A stretch of DNA of 64,000 nt from Octopus sinensis. Lineage: Eukaryota. The stretch lies in assembly GCF_006345805.1 (NCBI RefSeq), contig NC_043009.1, positions 40,858,001 through 40,922,000 on the forward strand, written 5' to 3'. The notes beneath the pieces are model-generated. The model saw only the letters and a program-made list of their open reading frames with translations. It had not been told where the DNA came from and did no database searches. Made by a program: the position numbers and the translations under genes. Within the stretch, counting starts at the first letter, position 1; the number at the start of each line of letters is the position of its first letter. This document shows positions 12,397 through 24,957 of this stretch, in pieces.

Positions 12397-12689
12397 AATG
12401 TAAAATGAAGTGCCTTGCTCAAAGACATGACATTTTGCCTCATTCAGAAACAGAACTCACAACCTTTTGATTGCAAAGTAAAGCACTTTAGTCACTAAGC
12501 ACTGCAATTCTACAGGGTGTTGTTATAGTACTATAATAGTTAAACTATTGACTATAATTTCTGAGTTGAGCATTTCGACTGATTCAACAATATGTCATTC
12601 ATTTATGAAAGAGATGGTTGAAGAATATTCTTCAGAATTTATAAAGTTTCAAAGAAATTAAAATGTCTCCGAACATTGTTAGTGCTTAC

Positions 12690-12836
12690 CTGGATATCCA
12701 TGAGAGTTGACAGAAAACGGTTTACTAGCTTAGCACCATTGTCCATTGTTGGTAATGCAAATTTTTCTTCGTTATACAGTATTCTTTCAACTGGACAGAC
12801 AACACAAGCAGTTCCAGCACCAAAAACTTCTACTAT
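12690..12836 (-). CDS. BCAT: BCAT exon (147 nt), contains GAGTACVVC
   Basis: tctcttAG|...|GTaagc. Encodes [49 protein letters not shown]. Confidence 0.96.
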
Positions 12837-12983
12837 CTAAGAGACAGAATCAAAACAAAAACAAAAAAAAAAAAACACTATACAACAATGAAAATATTGG
12901 TTTCAAATTTTGGCACAAGGCCAGTAATTTGGGGGAGGGGGTAAGTTGATTACATCAACCCCGCCACCTGTGCTCAACATGTC

Positions 12984-13192
12984 TCTTTACTCTTTTACTC
13001 TTTTACTTGTTTCAGTCATTTGACTGCGGCCATGCTGGAGCACCGCCTTTAGTCGAGCAAATCGACCCCGGGACTTATTCTTTGTAAGCCCAGTACTTAT
13101 TCTATCGGTCTCTTTTTTGCCGAACCGCTAAGTGACGGGGACGTAAGCACACCAGCATCGGTTGTCAAGCAATGCTAGGGGGACAAACACAG

Positions 13193-13228
<36 letters not shown>

Positions 13229-13390
13229 GACAGGCTTCTTTCAGTTTCCGTCTACCAAATCCACTCACAAGGCATTGGTCGGCTCAGGGCTATAGCAGAA
13301 GACACTTGCCCAAGATGCCACGCAGTGGGACTGAACCCGGAATCATGTGGTTGGTTAGCAAGCTACTTACCACACAGCCACTCCTGCGCC
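12984..13390 (-). mobile_element. SINE family A, full length
   Basis: Complete head-to-tail copy with an internal (TA)n tract. Confidence 0.88.
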
Positions 13391-13899
13391 TTATTTTACT
13401 TATATGTACTTATTTTTTTCAACCCTGGAAGGACGAAAGGCAAAGTCGACCTTGGCAGAATATGAATTCAAAACATTAAGACAGACAAAAGGCTGCCAAG
13501 CATTCAGTCTAGCATGTTATTGATTTCATGCTTTGGCAGAAGGCCAGTAGGTTCAGGTTAGGTGTAGTTCAATTTCATTGACCCCCAGTGTTTATCGACC
13601 CCGAAAAGATGAAGGAAAAGTCAGCCGTAGCAGAATTTGAACTCAGATTGTAAAAACAAACGGTATGCTGCTAAGCGTCCTGTCCAGCATGCTAACGATT
13701 CGGCCAGCCAGTCACCTGCATTAGGTTACAGCTGTTTCTGCTATAAGATGTAATGCACTCATTGTTCCTTTGTCATTTAACTAATTTCTTATTATGCTCT
13801 GTACTCGGCTAATGCTTTTTTTTCTGAACCAAAAATCGGAATTGAAATTGAACCAATCCTATGACTGGCACCTGGCAGTTGCCAGGGCTGCTGGACTGA

Positions 13900-14405
13900 C
13901 TCCTGTGCAGGTGGCAGTAAAGAAACACCGTTTCGACCCTGTGCTTGAGGAGATCAATTGAGCCAAGTACACCAAGATCAAAAATCAATGGAAACTGCAG
14001 TTGGGATCCTTGTGCTGGTGGCACGAAAAAAGCAACATCCGAACATGGCCGATGCCAGCGCCACCTAGACTGGCTTCTGTGCCGGTGGCATGTTAAAAGC
14101 ACCATCCGAACGTGGCCGATGCCAGCGCCGCCTTGACTGGCTTCCGTGCCGGTGGCACGTAAAAAGCAACAATCTGATCGTGGCCGTTGCCAGCCTCGTC
14201 TAGCACCTGTGCTGGTGACACGTAAAGAGCACCCACAACACTCACGTAGTGGTTGGCGTTAGGAAGGGCATCCAGCTGTAGAAACACTGCCAGATCAGAC
14301 TGGAGCCTGGTGCAGCCTTCTGGCTTCCCAGATCCCTGGTTGAACCGTCCAACCCATGCTAGCATAGAGAACGGACATTAAACGATGATGATGATGATGA
14401 TGATG
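13900..14405 (+). mobile_element. Family B: RTE-type 3'-end element (5'-truncated LINE 3' UTR or RTE-dependent SINE) with (TGA)n tail
   Basis: ...ccagctgtagaaac...aaccgtccaacccatgctagcatgga.aacggacgttaaacgatgatga. Other copies: 1-92(+), 1005-1320(-), 5755-5895(-), 16085-16400(+), 18373-18715(-), 19955-20250(-), 23745-23910(-), 55040-55165(-), 59060-59400(-). Confidence 0.8.
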
Positions 14406-14479
14406 AGATAATTAATGAACTCTAACATCAGGTTATTAGTATTGCTATATCAAATCCTGTATGTGTGCGTAGAACTTAC

Positions 14480-14548
14480 CCTTTTTTCGTTCAGTGCTGT
14501 CAAAAACTCTTTCATGTTGATCTCCTTCTCAGATACTTTGAATTCATT
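14480..14548 (-). CDS. BCAT: BCAT exon (69 nt)
   Basis: aattccAG|...|GTaagt. Encodes NEFKVSEKEINMKEFLTALNEKR (cf. vertebrate GEFKVSERYLTM). Confidence 0.92.
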
Positions 14549-14837
14549 CTGGAATTAGAAACGAGTTGAAAATTTTGGAAAAAAGGGAAGGAAGAATGAA
14601 ATAAAATCTACGGAAGGCATCGCACATATGAAAAATAAATAAGACAGGTAATCACAAGGTGTATGAATGTGCAACTGTTATTTTACTCTTTCTCTCTCTC
14701 CCTCCCTCTCAATCTATGTACATACACACGCACACACGAGTATGTACATGTATATAAACACATGCATTTACATGACGCCATGATAGATCGTTAGCTCCTA
14801 CACGCATTTTTTTCTCTCCTTGTTTTTTTTCTGTGTA

Positions 14838-14875
14838 TCTTTCTGTCGAAGAGCGTAGGCTCGAAACGTAAAAGA
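14838..14875 (+). ncRNA. Minimal hammerhead-like motif, A6U variant; identical core on - at 5916-5953
   Basis: ucuuu-CUGUCGA-A-gagc(guag)gcuc-GAAA-CG-UA^aaaga. Confidence 0.5.
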
Positions 14876-15019
14876 CTTGTTCTATTTCTATTCCTGAGCG
14901 CCATATTAGCACATTTGTTTGTTTGTACTCCACCTGCCTTCGTCTTTTGTTTATTTTCGTAAACCTTCCCGTTTCATATGTATCAGTTTTTGTACATATA
15001 TGTGTGTGTGTGCATTATG

Positions 15020-15065
<46 letters not shown>

Positions 15066-16401
15066 TGTATGTATGTATGTATTAAAGAGTTGAGTTTTCT
15101 CAGACGAGACCTTAGTTATTCTTTCTCCCTTCCGTTTTCGCATTTTAGCAGCAGCAAATATATGCCCGTTGGTCAAGGTATGCACAAAGAAACTAATATT
15201 TGGTAGAAGAAAAAGTGTTCCCAGAATAAATTACTCGCAATATTTTGGTATGCCACAGCATCATTTTTCCGCCAGTTTCTGCAAACCTTCTTTACTTCAA
15301 CAAGCTGTGGGCTGTCAAAGACAGGAAGCATCTTCTATTGTACGTCTATACTTAGAGAAATCTATTTTGCCCTTCTGTTGAAACGCTTAAGAATCCAAGA
15401 ATTAATGTCTTCCTCTCCTGCTTTCTATTTCTTCCAGTCTTTATCTGCCACATGTTTTTTTTTTTTCATTTATATATGATACTAGCAGCTAAGCCCGGTT
15501 TCACCCGGTCTGTTTGGATGATGTGGCTGTGATCGTTTTCTGTTAGGTATAATCTATAACAGCGTTTGTCAGCCTTATCATTTCGGGTCCCCTGTTTCGA
15601 TTGGAGCCTCCAGCTATATGAAAATTTCCTGATCCAACCCCGTTTGAAAACAGCTTCTGAGCAACTGGGAAATTCCATTAGAAAAAGTTTTAATCGATTT
15701 TCTCAGTAAGTATGGGGGTTAGGGAAAAAATACAAACTGCATTCCAATCTATGCACCTGTCTCCACATGTGTGCCATTTTTCACGCGAATTCACTTAGCA
15801 GTTTGGCTGTGAACCTCAAGACAAGAAAGAATACAATGATCGCCCATGTCCAATTTATATTATAGATTATTTTCAAATCTGGAATTATATGTACATAGGT
15901 ACAGACATGGTTGTGTGGTGAAGAAGCATGTGGTTTCATGTTCGGTTCCACCGCACAACACCTTGGGCAAGTGTGTTCCACTACAGCCCCAGCTCAACCA
16001 ATATCATGTGAGTGAATTAGGTAAACAGAAACTGAGTGGAAGCCTGTCATACAAACATACATCATCACCATCACCACCTTTACAACCCTGTGGCACGTAA
16101 AAAGCACCATCCGAATCGTGGCCGATGCCAGCGCTGCCTTGACTGGCTTCCGTGCTGGTGGCACGTAAAATGCACCAATCCGATCGTGGCCGTTGCCAGC
16201 CTCGCCTGGCACCTGTGCAAGTGGCACGTAAAAAGCACCCACTACACTCACGGAGTGGTTGGCGTTAGGAAGGGCATCCAGCTGTAGAAACACTGCCAGA
16301 TCAGACTGGAGCCTGATGCAGCCTTCTGGCTTCCCAGATCCCCGGTCGAACCGTCCAACCCATGCTAGCATGGAGAACGGACGTTAAACGATGATGATGA
16401 A

Positions 16402-16880
16402 TAACGAAATTATTGTATACAGTGCTCAGGTGCACCACAACTTGTCAGAAAGTGCGTATAAAGTATATGCAGTAATGTACAAATGTCTGGAAAGCGAACA
16501 ATGTATGAGTCAGATACATGCTTGTGTGTGTATGGAGGGGAGAAAATCAGGTGTAGTGTAGTGTTGGCGAATCTCAGGAAGCATGGAAGTTTTGAAGGAT
16601 GCAGTGCTCCGACAACTAACAACTGATGCCGGCAGTTTGTTCCATGCTTCAGCAACTCTCTGCGTGAAAAAATGTTTCCTAAAATCATGGGAGCTGTGCT
16701 GTTTTCTGACTTTGTAAATATGTCCACGGGTGTTAGACGGGTGGAGTTTGAAAAGGTGCTCAGAGTTATTTTTTGTAAGATGGTTAATAATTTTATGGTG
16801 TCTGCCAAGTCAGCTGCCAGACGTCGGAGTTTCAATGTGTCCATGCCCAGGGAAGTAAGGCATTCAGAATATGGCAAATG
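16402..16880 (-). mobile_element. CR1-type LINE 3' fragment (RT C-terminus plus 3' UTR)
   Basis: YSECLTSLGMDTLKLRRLAADLADT followed (frameshifted) by TRGH...RKHFF...AWNKLPASVV, the typical CR1 ORF2 end. The same 3' UTR recurs at ~22230-22285. Confidence 0.85.
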
Positions 16881-17731
16881 CCTGATAGAGGGTATTCTTT
16901 TGGTTATACGTCGCTGAACGGCTTGTTAAGTTTGGTATTTATTCTATCAGTCTCTTAGCTGAACTGCTGTTATAGGAATGTAAACAAACCAACACTGGTT
17001 GTCAGGATGTGTGACAAACACACAGGCACAAAAACACACACACACATACACGATGAACTTCCACACAGTTTCTATCTACAGAATTCACTTACAAGGCATT
17101 AGTTGAAATGAAATTTTAGTAGAAGATACTTTGCCTGTGGTGCTGTGCAGTAGGACTGAACTCAAAACTACGTAACTGCAAGGTGAGCATCTTAACCTCA
17201 TGGCCATGCCAGTGCTTACATGTACACTAATATTTCATGCAAGCATTGAACATGTTTGTCTAGAATTTTTCTAGCTTACAACCATGAGAACACTGAAGTT
17301 TATACACAAACATCAATCATACAATGTACCCTTCAGTGAAAGAGGGAATCCCCTTGTCAGCAAAGATATATATAGAGAGGAAGAAAGAAAGGGAGAGAAA
17401 TACATATATATATATATATAAGTTAGGTACAAAAAATTCAGGGTGAATACTTGATAACTGTAAGCACCAGTATATGCCAGTTAGTGGTGTAGGTGATTGG
17501 GTATATTTATCAAAAGAAAAACAGGATGCAAAGGATTTAGCGGTACATATGTTTCTGGCTTTATTGGACAGTTTATATCAATGCATAATTGATGTAACAT
17601 GTATGACAATAGCCTTCCTCAGCTATATATAAATATATATGTATATATATGTGTGTATGTGTGTGTAGCGAGAGAGAGAGAGTAAAAAAATTATAAAAGA
17701 AATTTAAGACTTGCTGAAACTAAATACATAC

Positions 17732-17817
17732 CCAATCGCGGGCCAATTCCAAAAGACTTCTCCGGGTGACTCCAGGTAAGATGAGTCCATTGAGAGGAGG
17801 TGTGATTAGTTCTTTCT
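17732..17817 (-). CDS. BCAT: BCAT exon (86 nt)
   Basis: tttggcAG|...|GTatgt. Encodes (E)[28 protein letters not shown], containing the class IV aminotransferase ILPGVTR motif. Confidence 0.95.
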
Positions 17818-17911
17818 CTGCCAAAAAAAAAAGTAAAGGAAACCAATTACTACTATACTGAAGCTAGCTGTGGTGGCTAGAACAAGCTAAAGAACAAATA
17901 AAAATAATGTA

Positions 17912-18070
17912 TACAAGGTGGTATCAAGAAGTTCCTGGACTAGTTCTGTAACATGCCAACAGATGGCAGCACATGGTTGTGTGCACAGTGAGAGTTAGCA
18001 GTGACCTTTATGAAGCAGTGTGTCTAGTGACATCATTGTGCTTACTTCGCAAGTTGTGGAATTTGTGTTT
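17912..18070. mobile_element. Mariner-like terminal fragment
   Basis: Begins tacaaggtggtatcaagaagttcctggact, similar to the TIR at 7001. No partner TIR found. Confidence 0.5.
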
Positions 18071-18822
18071 TTAATTTCTTTATTGCTCACAAGGGGCTAA
18101 ACATAGAGACAAACAAGGGATTAAGTCAATTACATCGACCCCAGTGTGTAACTGGTATTTAATTTATCAACCCCAAAAGGATGAAAGGCAAAGTTAACCT
18201 CGGTGGAATTTGAACTCAGAACGTAACGCCAGACGAAATACTGGTAAGCATTTTGCCCCGCATGCTGTTTCTGCCAGCTCGTTGCTTTGCTAACGTTTCT
18301 GCCAGCTCGCTGCCTTAGCTACAACAGCCCCAGGTCAACTATGTATGTGTGTGTTTGTATGTATATATATATCATCATCATCATCATCATCATCGTTTAA
18401 CGTCCGTTCTCCATGCTAGCATGGGTTGGACGGTTCGACCGGGGTTCTGGGAAGCCAGAAGGCTGCACCAGGCTCCAGTCTAATCTGGCAATGTTTCTAC
18501 AGCTGGATGCCCTTCCTAACGCCAACCACTCCGTGAGTGTAGTGGGTGTTTTTTTACGTGCCACCTGCACAGGTGCCAGGCGAGGCTGGCAACGGCCACG
18601 GTCGGATTGGTGTATTTTATGTGCCACCGGCACGGAAGCCAGTCGAGGCGGTGCTGGCATCGGCCACGAGTCGGATAGTGCTATTTACGTACCACCAGAC
18701 CAGGGTGGATAGTTAGACGATACAAAAAAGAACAGGAAAAAACAAGGATGGGTCATTCGGAGTTTTCAATCTTCAGTCGAGTACCAGATCATCTTTGCAG
18801 TTTCGACTGGTTACTCTTGAGA

Positions 18823-18959
18823 CTGCTCTAATCTGGCCGGCCCCAAGAAAATCTATGCTAAGAGCACTAGATTCTTTGGAAGAAAGCAAGCGAATGTATA
18901 TGAAAACAAGGATGAAAAAAAACTGGAGAAATGGTACGGAGCCGGCCAGATTAGAGCAG
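18823..18959. repeat. 19-bp perfect GC-rich inverted repeat within a short repetitive element
   Basis: ctgctctaatctggccggc (18823-18841) and gccggccagattagagcag (18941-18959). Confidence 0.75.
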
Positions 18960-19080
18960 GGGTTGATGTAACTGAGTTATCCCCTCCCACATAATTGGGG
19001 GGCCTTGTGTCAAAATTTGAAATCATTATCAGTATTGTTTTATTTTACCTGTGGCTATATAAGATTTCTTTAATACTGAC

Positions 19081-19223
19081 CTCCGTCTTCGTTAATCCAA
19101 TAGATGAAAAGATTCATGGTGCCAACTTCTGTCAATTGGTGATCCTCTCCAAACAACCAGAGAACTTGTTGGCAACTCTTCTGAAGAGCTTCAACTTGCG
19201 GCAATAACGTGGGAGCATAGTTC
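19081..19223 (-). CDS. BCAT: BCAT exon (143 nt)
   Basis: ttttacAG|...|GTcagt. Encodes [47 protein letters not shown]. Phase 2 matches the preceding exon; EVGTMN motif present. Confidence 0.96.
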
Positions 19224-20249
19224 CTGTAAAAGTAAGATAAGAGTGAGCAAACAGAGACCTGTTATGTTTTCCATACAAAGAACAAATCTAAGAAACAGCC
19301 TAGCCATTTATTCAAAACAAGACAACACCCACTTTCCTGTAAACATATTTGCACTCAATACACACTCTAAACTTAATTTATACTAGTGGTTCTCAACAGG
19401 GGTCCACACAAAATTTTGCTGTTAAAATTTGTACAATTCTTTTCTACTCAAGGCACAAGGCCCGAAATTTTGAGGAAAGGGGCCAGTCAATTAGATAACC
19501 CCCAGTATGCAACTGGTACTTAATTTATTGACCCTGAAAGGATGAAAGGCAAAGTCGACCTCGGTGGAATCTGAACTCAGAATGTAGACAGGTGAAATAC
19601 CTATTTCTTTATTACCCACAAGGGGCTAAACAGAGACAGGTCAAACAAGGACAGACAAACGGATTAAGTCGATTATATCGACCCCAGTGTGTAACTGGTA
19701 CTCATTTAATCGACCCCGAAAGGATGAAAGGTAAAGTTGACCGCAGTGGAATCTGAACTCAGAACGTAACGGCAGACGAAATACCACTAAGCGTTTCGCA
19801 TGGCGTGCTAATGTTTCTGCCAGTTTGCCGCCGTAATTTGTGCAAGAAATTGGTTATACTTCTAAACTACACAAAGTATTTCTATTCTTTTATACAATTC
19901 CTAATAACATTTAGCAACAAAAATACAGTAGGATTTATATATATATATATATATATCATCATCATCATCATCATCATCGTTTAACGTCTGTTTTCCGCGC
20001 TAGCACGGTTGGACGGGTTCAACCGGGGTCTGGGGAGCCAGGGGCTGCCCCAGGCTCCAGTCTGGTCTGGCAGTGTTTCTACAGCTGGATGCCCTTCCTA
20101 ACGCCAACCACTCCACGAGTGTAGTGGGTGCTTTTTACGTGCCACCTGCACAGGTGCCAGAGGGGTCTGGCATCGGCCACGGTCGGTTGGTGCTTTTTAT
20201 GTGCCACCTGCACAGAAGCCAGTCGGGGCGGTGCTGGCGTTCGGATGGT

Positions 20250-21050
20250 GCTTTTTATGTGGGGGGGTGCAGGAATATAGGGGAGCACCAGTGGGGAGGG
20301 GTGCTCGGAGAAACGATGACAGGTTCTAGACAAGTAGAACGTAGGATATCACGAGAGGGGTAATGTATGGCGAAATAGCGTATTGAAGAGGGGGGTTCGA
20401 AGAGTAGACACCTATAACGGTGGTGGGAGAAACGACATCCGGTATAGATGGAGCAAAAATATAGAGATATCCGGTATTGGTGGTGGGGGTGGGTAGGGCG
20501 GGCGTGCCTAAATATGCGAAGGTTGATAGAGGAGAGAGCGAAGACTTGGACAGGCAAAATTATCGCAGCACATAATAATAAAGGGATATTTAGGGGGGAC
20601 GGTGGAGAAATAGAGAAATTATCGGCACATAATGATGAGTAATAAACCGATTAACAACTAGAGGTCAGACAATTTTGCATGAAAATATTACTGGTAGAGA
20701 TACGGGATGAATTAAAGTTCAAAGATTTCTTATCTTGGGATCACTTCGTTTACGGACAGACTCGGCAAAAGGAATTCGAAATCAAGAATGAGGCAGGTTA
20801 CTAGCTTAAGAATGCATAGCCATGGAGAGGAGTAGGAAGAGGAGTCCAAACAATGTGAAAGAGGGGGAGAGAAGGAAAGAGAGAAAGTGGCCACCCCGCG
20901 AAGAATCGGCGGCCATTTCGATCAGCCCTGTAAGGGAGATTTTAAATATCTATAACGATAACTAATGAATTATACAGAATATGCAAAAATAGTAAACAGA
21001 GTGACGACTAGGGATCAGAATAATAATAAATAGTAATAATAATAATAGTA

Positions 21051-21088
<38 letters not shown>

Positions 21089-21154
21089 CCGATTAACAAC
21101 TAGAGGTCAGACAATTTTGCATGAAAATATTACTGGTAGAGATACGGGATGAAT
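20250..21154. mobile_element. Unclassified CpG-rich element with a 72-bp perfect direct repeat
   Basis: aataaaccgattaacaactagagg...gatacgggatgaat at 20641-20712 and 21083-21154, with an (AAT)n tract before the second copy. Composition is unlike the flanks. Confidence 0.5.
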
Positions 21155-24100
21155 ATATATATATATATATATATACACATCAAATGGCTATGGAGGTCCA
21201 GTAGAGTAAAATAAGAATCAAAGGCGTCAACAGGTAAAACTGGATAAAAACCACTGATTTATACGAATAAAAAAAAATTCAAGACAGTTTAATTTGTTTC
21301 CTGAAAGGGTTTAAAAAAAAAAAATATATTGATGTAAGGGAGATAATAGTGAAAAAAAAAGTAACATTTGCTTCCCCTGATAAAACGATTTCTAATGTAG
21401 TTAAATAGAAAAAGGCAGATCCCGCGATCAGATTTAATAGATTATATTAATACTTAGACAGCTATTTTATCAATCTTTTCGTGGTGACAGGCAAAACCAA
21501 ATGAATGAAATGTTTGAATTTTCACGGTGTAAATTTTCTTGACGTTTAGTATTCATATGCAACCACTGACAAGCTTACACCGTAACAAAAGATTTAAAAT
21601 GATTTAATAAAGATGCAAGCAGACATCGAATAGGATTGAGATAATTAAATAGCAGAAGGAACTGTTTGAAAGGTCAAGAGGTTTGCTTCCCAATTACAGG
21701 GGGTTTTGGGTTCAATCCTGCAGCATGGCATCTTCTACTTTTCTACCATAGCTCTGGTCCCAGGGTCAACTAAAGCCTTGTCAGTGGATTTGTTGAGGGA
21801 AACTGAAAAAGGCCTATTGTGTACATACATACATACACACATATATATTCGTTTTTCATAATTATCATTAACATCATCATTTAACGTCTGCTTTCCATGC
21901 TGGCATGGATTAGACCAGAGGTACAAAAAAAATTTAGGGGCCACCGCACCCCTAATGGCCACATGATACCCTCAGCACTCCCATCCCTATTTTTATGTAT
22001 AAATAAAAATTTTATATTTTACTAATTTAAATATACTATGAACCATTTGATATTTAATATAATATTAAATAATTTGTATACAATACTATAATAATATTAT
22101 AATAAATTCATAGCATCCCCCAATCCGCTGCCTTCTTCCCAATGCCTCCTTTTTCTCTACCACTTCCACTCCCACTCCCACCACCCCCTTAGGCACCTGC
22201 GCCCACCTGGACTGTCTCAACGCCCACCGGTATACAGTGCTCAGGTGCACCACAACTTGTCAGAAAGTGCGTATAAAGTATATACTTTGAGAACCTATGG
22301 ATTGGATGATTTTACTGGAACTGGTAAGCTGGAGAACTGCACCAGACACCACCAGTCTGATTTGGCTTGGTTTCTACTGGATGACCTTCCTAACGCCAAC
22401 CACTCCAAGAGTGTAATGGGTGCACTTTAATGTGCTACCGGCACGGGTGCTTTTAATGCCACATGTGTATGTATAGGTATGTGTGTGTCAGTATTTGTGT
22501 CTCTTAGTCTTGGCATTACGTAATGGTTATAAAACAAGTGTCACCGTTCCTCATTTCTAGTCTTCTGTGAAAAGATGACCAGTCAGAAGGAAATACTACC
22601 TGGTTTGGAAACAGAAGGTTGGCAACAGGAAGAAAATCTGGCCATAGGAAACCTCAATTCATAGAGGTTGATTGATTCCTGTCACCAGCTTGTTTCCAGT
22701 TTCCCATAATCATTTCTTTACTACCCACAAGGGGCTAAACACAGAGGGGACAAACAAGGACAGATATCGACCCCAGTGCATAACTGGTACTTAATTTATC
22801 GACCCTGAAAGGATGAAAGGCAAAGTCGACCTCGGCAGAATTTGAACTCAGAACCTAACGGCAGACGAAATACGGCTACACATTTCGCCCAGCGTGCTAA
22901 CGTTTCTGCCAGCTCGCCGCCATAATGTGACATATGTTCAAAGTATATTGAAAATAAAGGACACAGCTTGTACGATAGCGACACTCATTTACTATGATCA
23001 TGCGAAGTCAAGACAAGGGAGACAAGACGACAACACATATATATATACACCAGAGGCAACTCCAGGTCATCAGCGTTACTTGGGTCTCATCACAGATTTC
23101 GTCACTTTGGCTCCTCACAGATTTTGCCTAAGACATGCCTGCATGAAGAATTTCGCATTTTTCCGCAATATTTCTAACCCAAACAACTTATTTTTTTATA
23201 TCTAGCACTATGTCTTTCTCCATTTCTAAGTTAATGGTAAAAATAAAGCAACCCTGCAAAACACAACTGATCTTTACACACAGAAGCACAGAATAACAGC
23301 AATCAAATAATGACAGTGGAGTGTACAACAAACATCAGTCATCTGACTGTCGCCTGTACTCTTGACAAGAGATGCCAGTTAGTCTTTTACACCTACCAGT
23401 CTCGTTTGTATTAGACTGAGTAACTGGATAATTGCTTGTTCCTTTAAGAATATTGTAGAACAGAAATTTTTCATAGATTGGAATTTAAATCCTAATCTCT
23501 ATAGAAATTTATTGTTTTAAGAAAACATTGAATTATGTTTAACTTTTACGATTATAGATAACAACTCAGGCTGTAGCTTCTGAGCCCAAATCAGGCACGT
23601 GTGAACGATGTCGAGAAATCGTCTACTACGAATGATATTTTTTGACACAGGGCACCTCTAAGATGACAGCCAGATGCTGAATGAAAATAAATGGATTGCA
23701 GCCAGGCTCAATAAAAGGAGGCTGCAGTTATATAATTGAAGTCAGTCATCATCATCATTTAACATCTCCTTTCCATGCTAGCATGGGTTGGACGATTTGA
23801 CTGAGGTCTGGCGAACCAGATGGCTGCACCAGACTCCACTCTGATCTGGCAGAGTTTCTACAGCTAGATGCCCTTCCTAATGCTAACCACTCTGAGAGTG
23901 TAGTGGGTTGGTAGAAATTAAATCAGCTTGCAAATACATGTGCACTTCACTAAATTTATACTTGGGCTAATCCCAAACAGCCCAAGTGCTGGAGTCACCA
24001 CTGATATACACACTCATATATAGACAGACTTATCCATATATATTTATGTTATCAATGCGCCTTTTTTTTTCCCCAGTTCTATCAAATATCTCACAAGACC

Positions 24101-24539
24101 CTGGTTGGTTGGGAGCTGGGTGGGGGCTACAATAGAAGATATGTGCCATGGTGCTATACAGTGGGACTGAACCTGCAACTACGTAGTTGGGAAACAAACG
24201 TATCAAGCAAGATAATCAGAGTAGTGATCATCATCATCACCACCATTGCTACAACAGCTATCACCACCATCACTAACAACATTACCAGGATAACCAACAC
24301 TACCACTATTGCCACCATCTCCACAACCACCTCCATCATCATCATCATTATCATCATCATCATCTTACACCTTACATCCAGTTTACCATGTTTATCAGTT
24401 GGCTAAGTTGATTAGTGTGACTAACCCCTACAAGGTAGTGTCCCAACAAGGCTTTTGTCCAATGACTGCAACAAATAAAAGACAAAAAACAACAACACAA
24501 GAATAACACAGACAAAAACAAAACAAATTTGCTACTTAC

Positions 24540-24700
24540 GATCCCATTTTATATTCTCCAGGACCTCCTGGCCATGATCGAACATATCTGGGGTCAGCCA
24601 TTAAGGTAACTGGTTTTATACCTGTAGGAAAATAGGGTCCAACAGGAGAAGCAATGACAAATAATAAGGCTCTGTTGGGTGGGCTCACACCTAAAGTTGG
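24540..24700 (-). CDS. BCAT: Branched-chain amino acid aminotransferase exon (161 nt), contains PLP-binding Lys
   Basis: ctttgcAG|...|GTaagt. Encodes [53 protein letters not shown](S), homologous to vertebrate BCAT PSLGV...SPVGPYF...KMGGNY. Confidence 0.95.
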
Positions 24701-24957
24701 CTGCAAAGAAAAAGAAAAAAAAATCCAGTTAGAAATATATTTAGAAATTTGACCAAGAATGTAAAATGGATATGAATCCTGCAGTATTTAAACCAGCTGT
24801 CTCGAGCCGATATTCTACATGTTTTACGTTTAAATCAGCCAGCTTCAGCTTCTCACACCTACCCTACAATGTCATCCTAAAAATATATAACCACATAATC
24901 GAAATGTCAAAGCTGTGAGATAATGCATGATACATTAAAAACAATGGAAGTAAATTA

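Noticed and set aside
13162-13479. Recurrent ORFs ...RQASFSFRLPNPLTR... / ...EDTCPRCHAVGLNPEPCGW
   Set aside because: They are readings of SINE family A.
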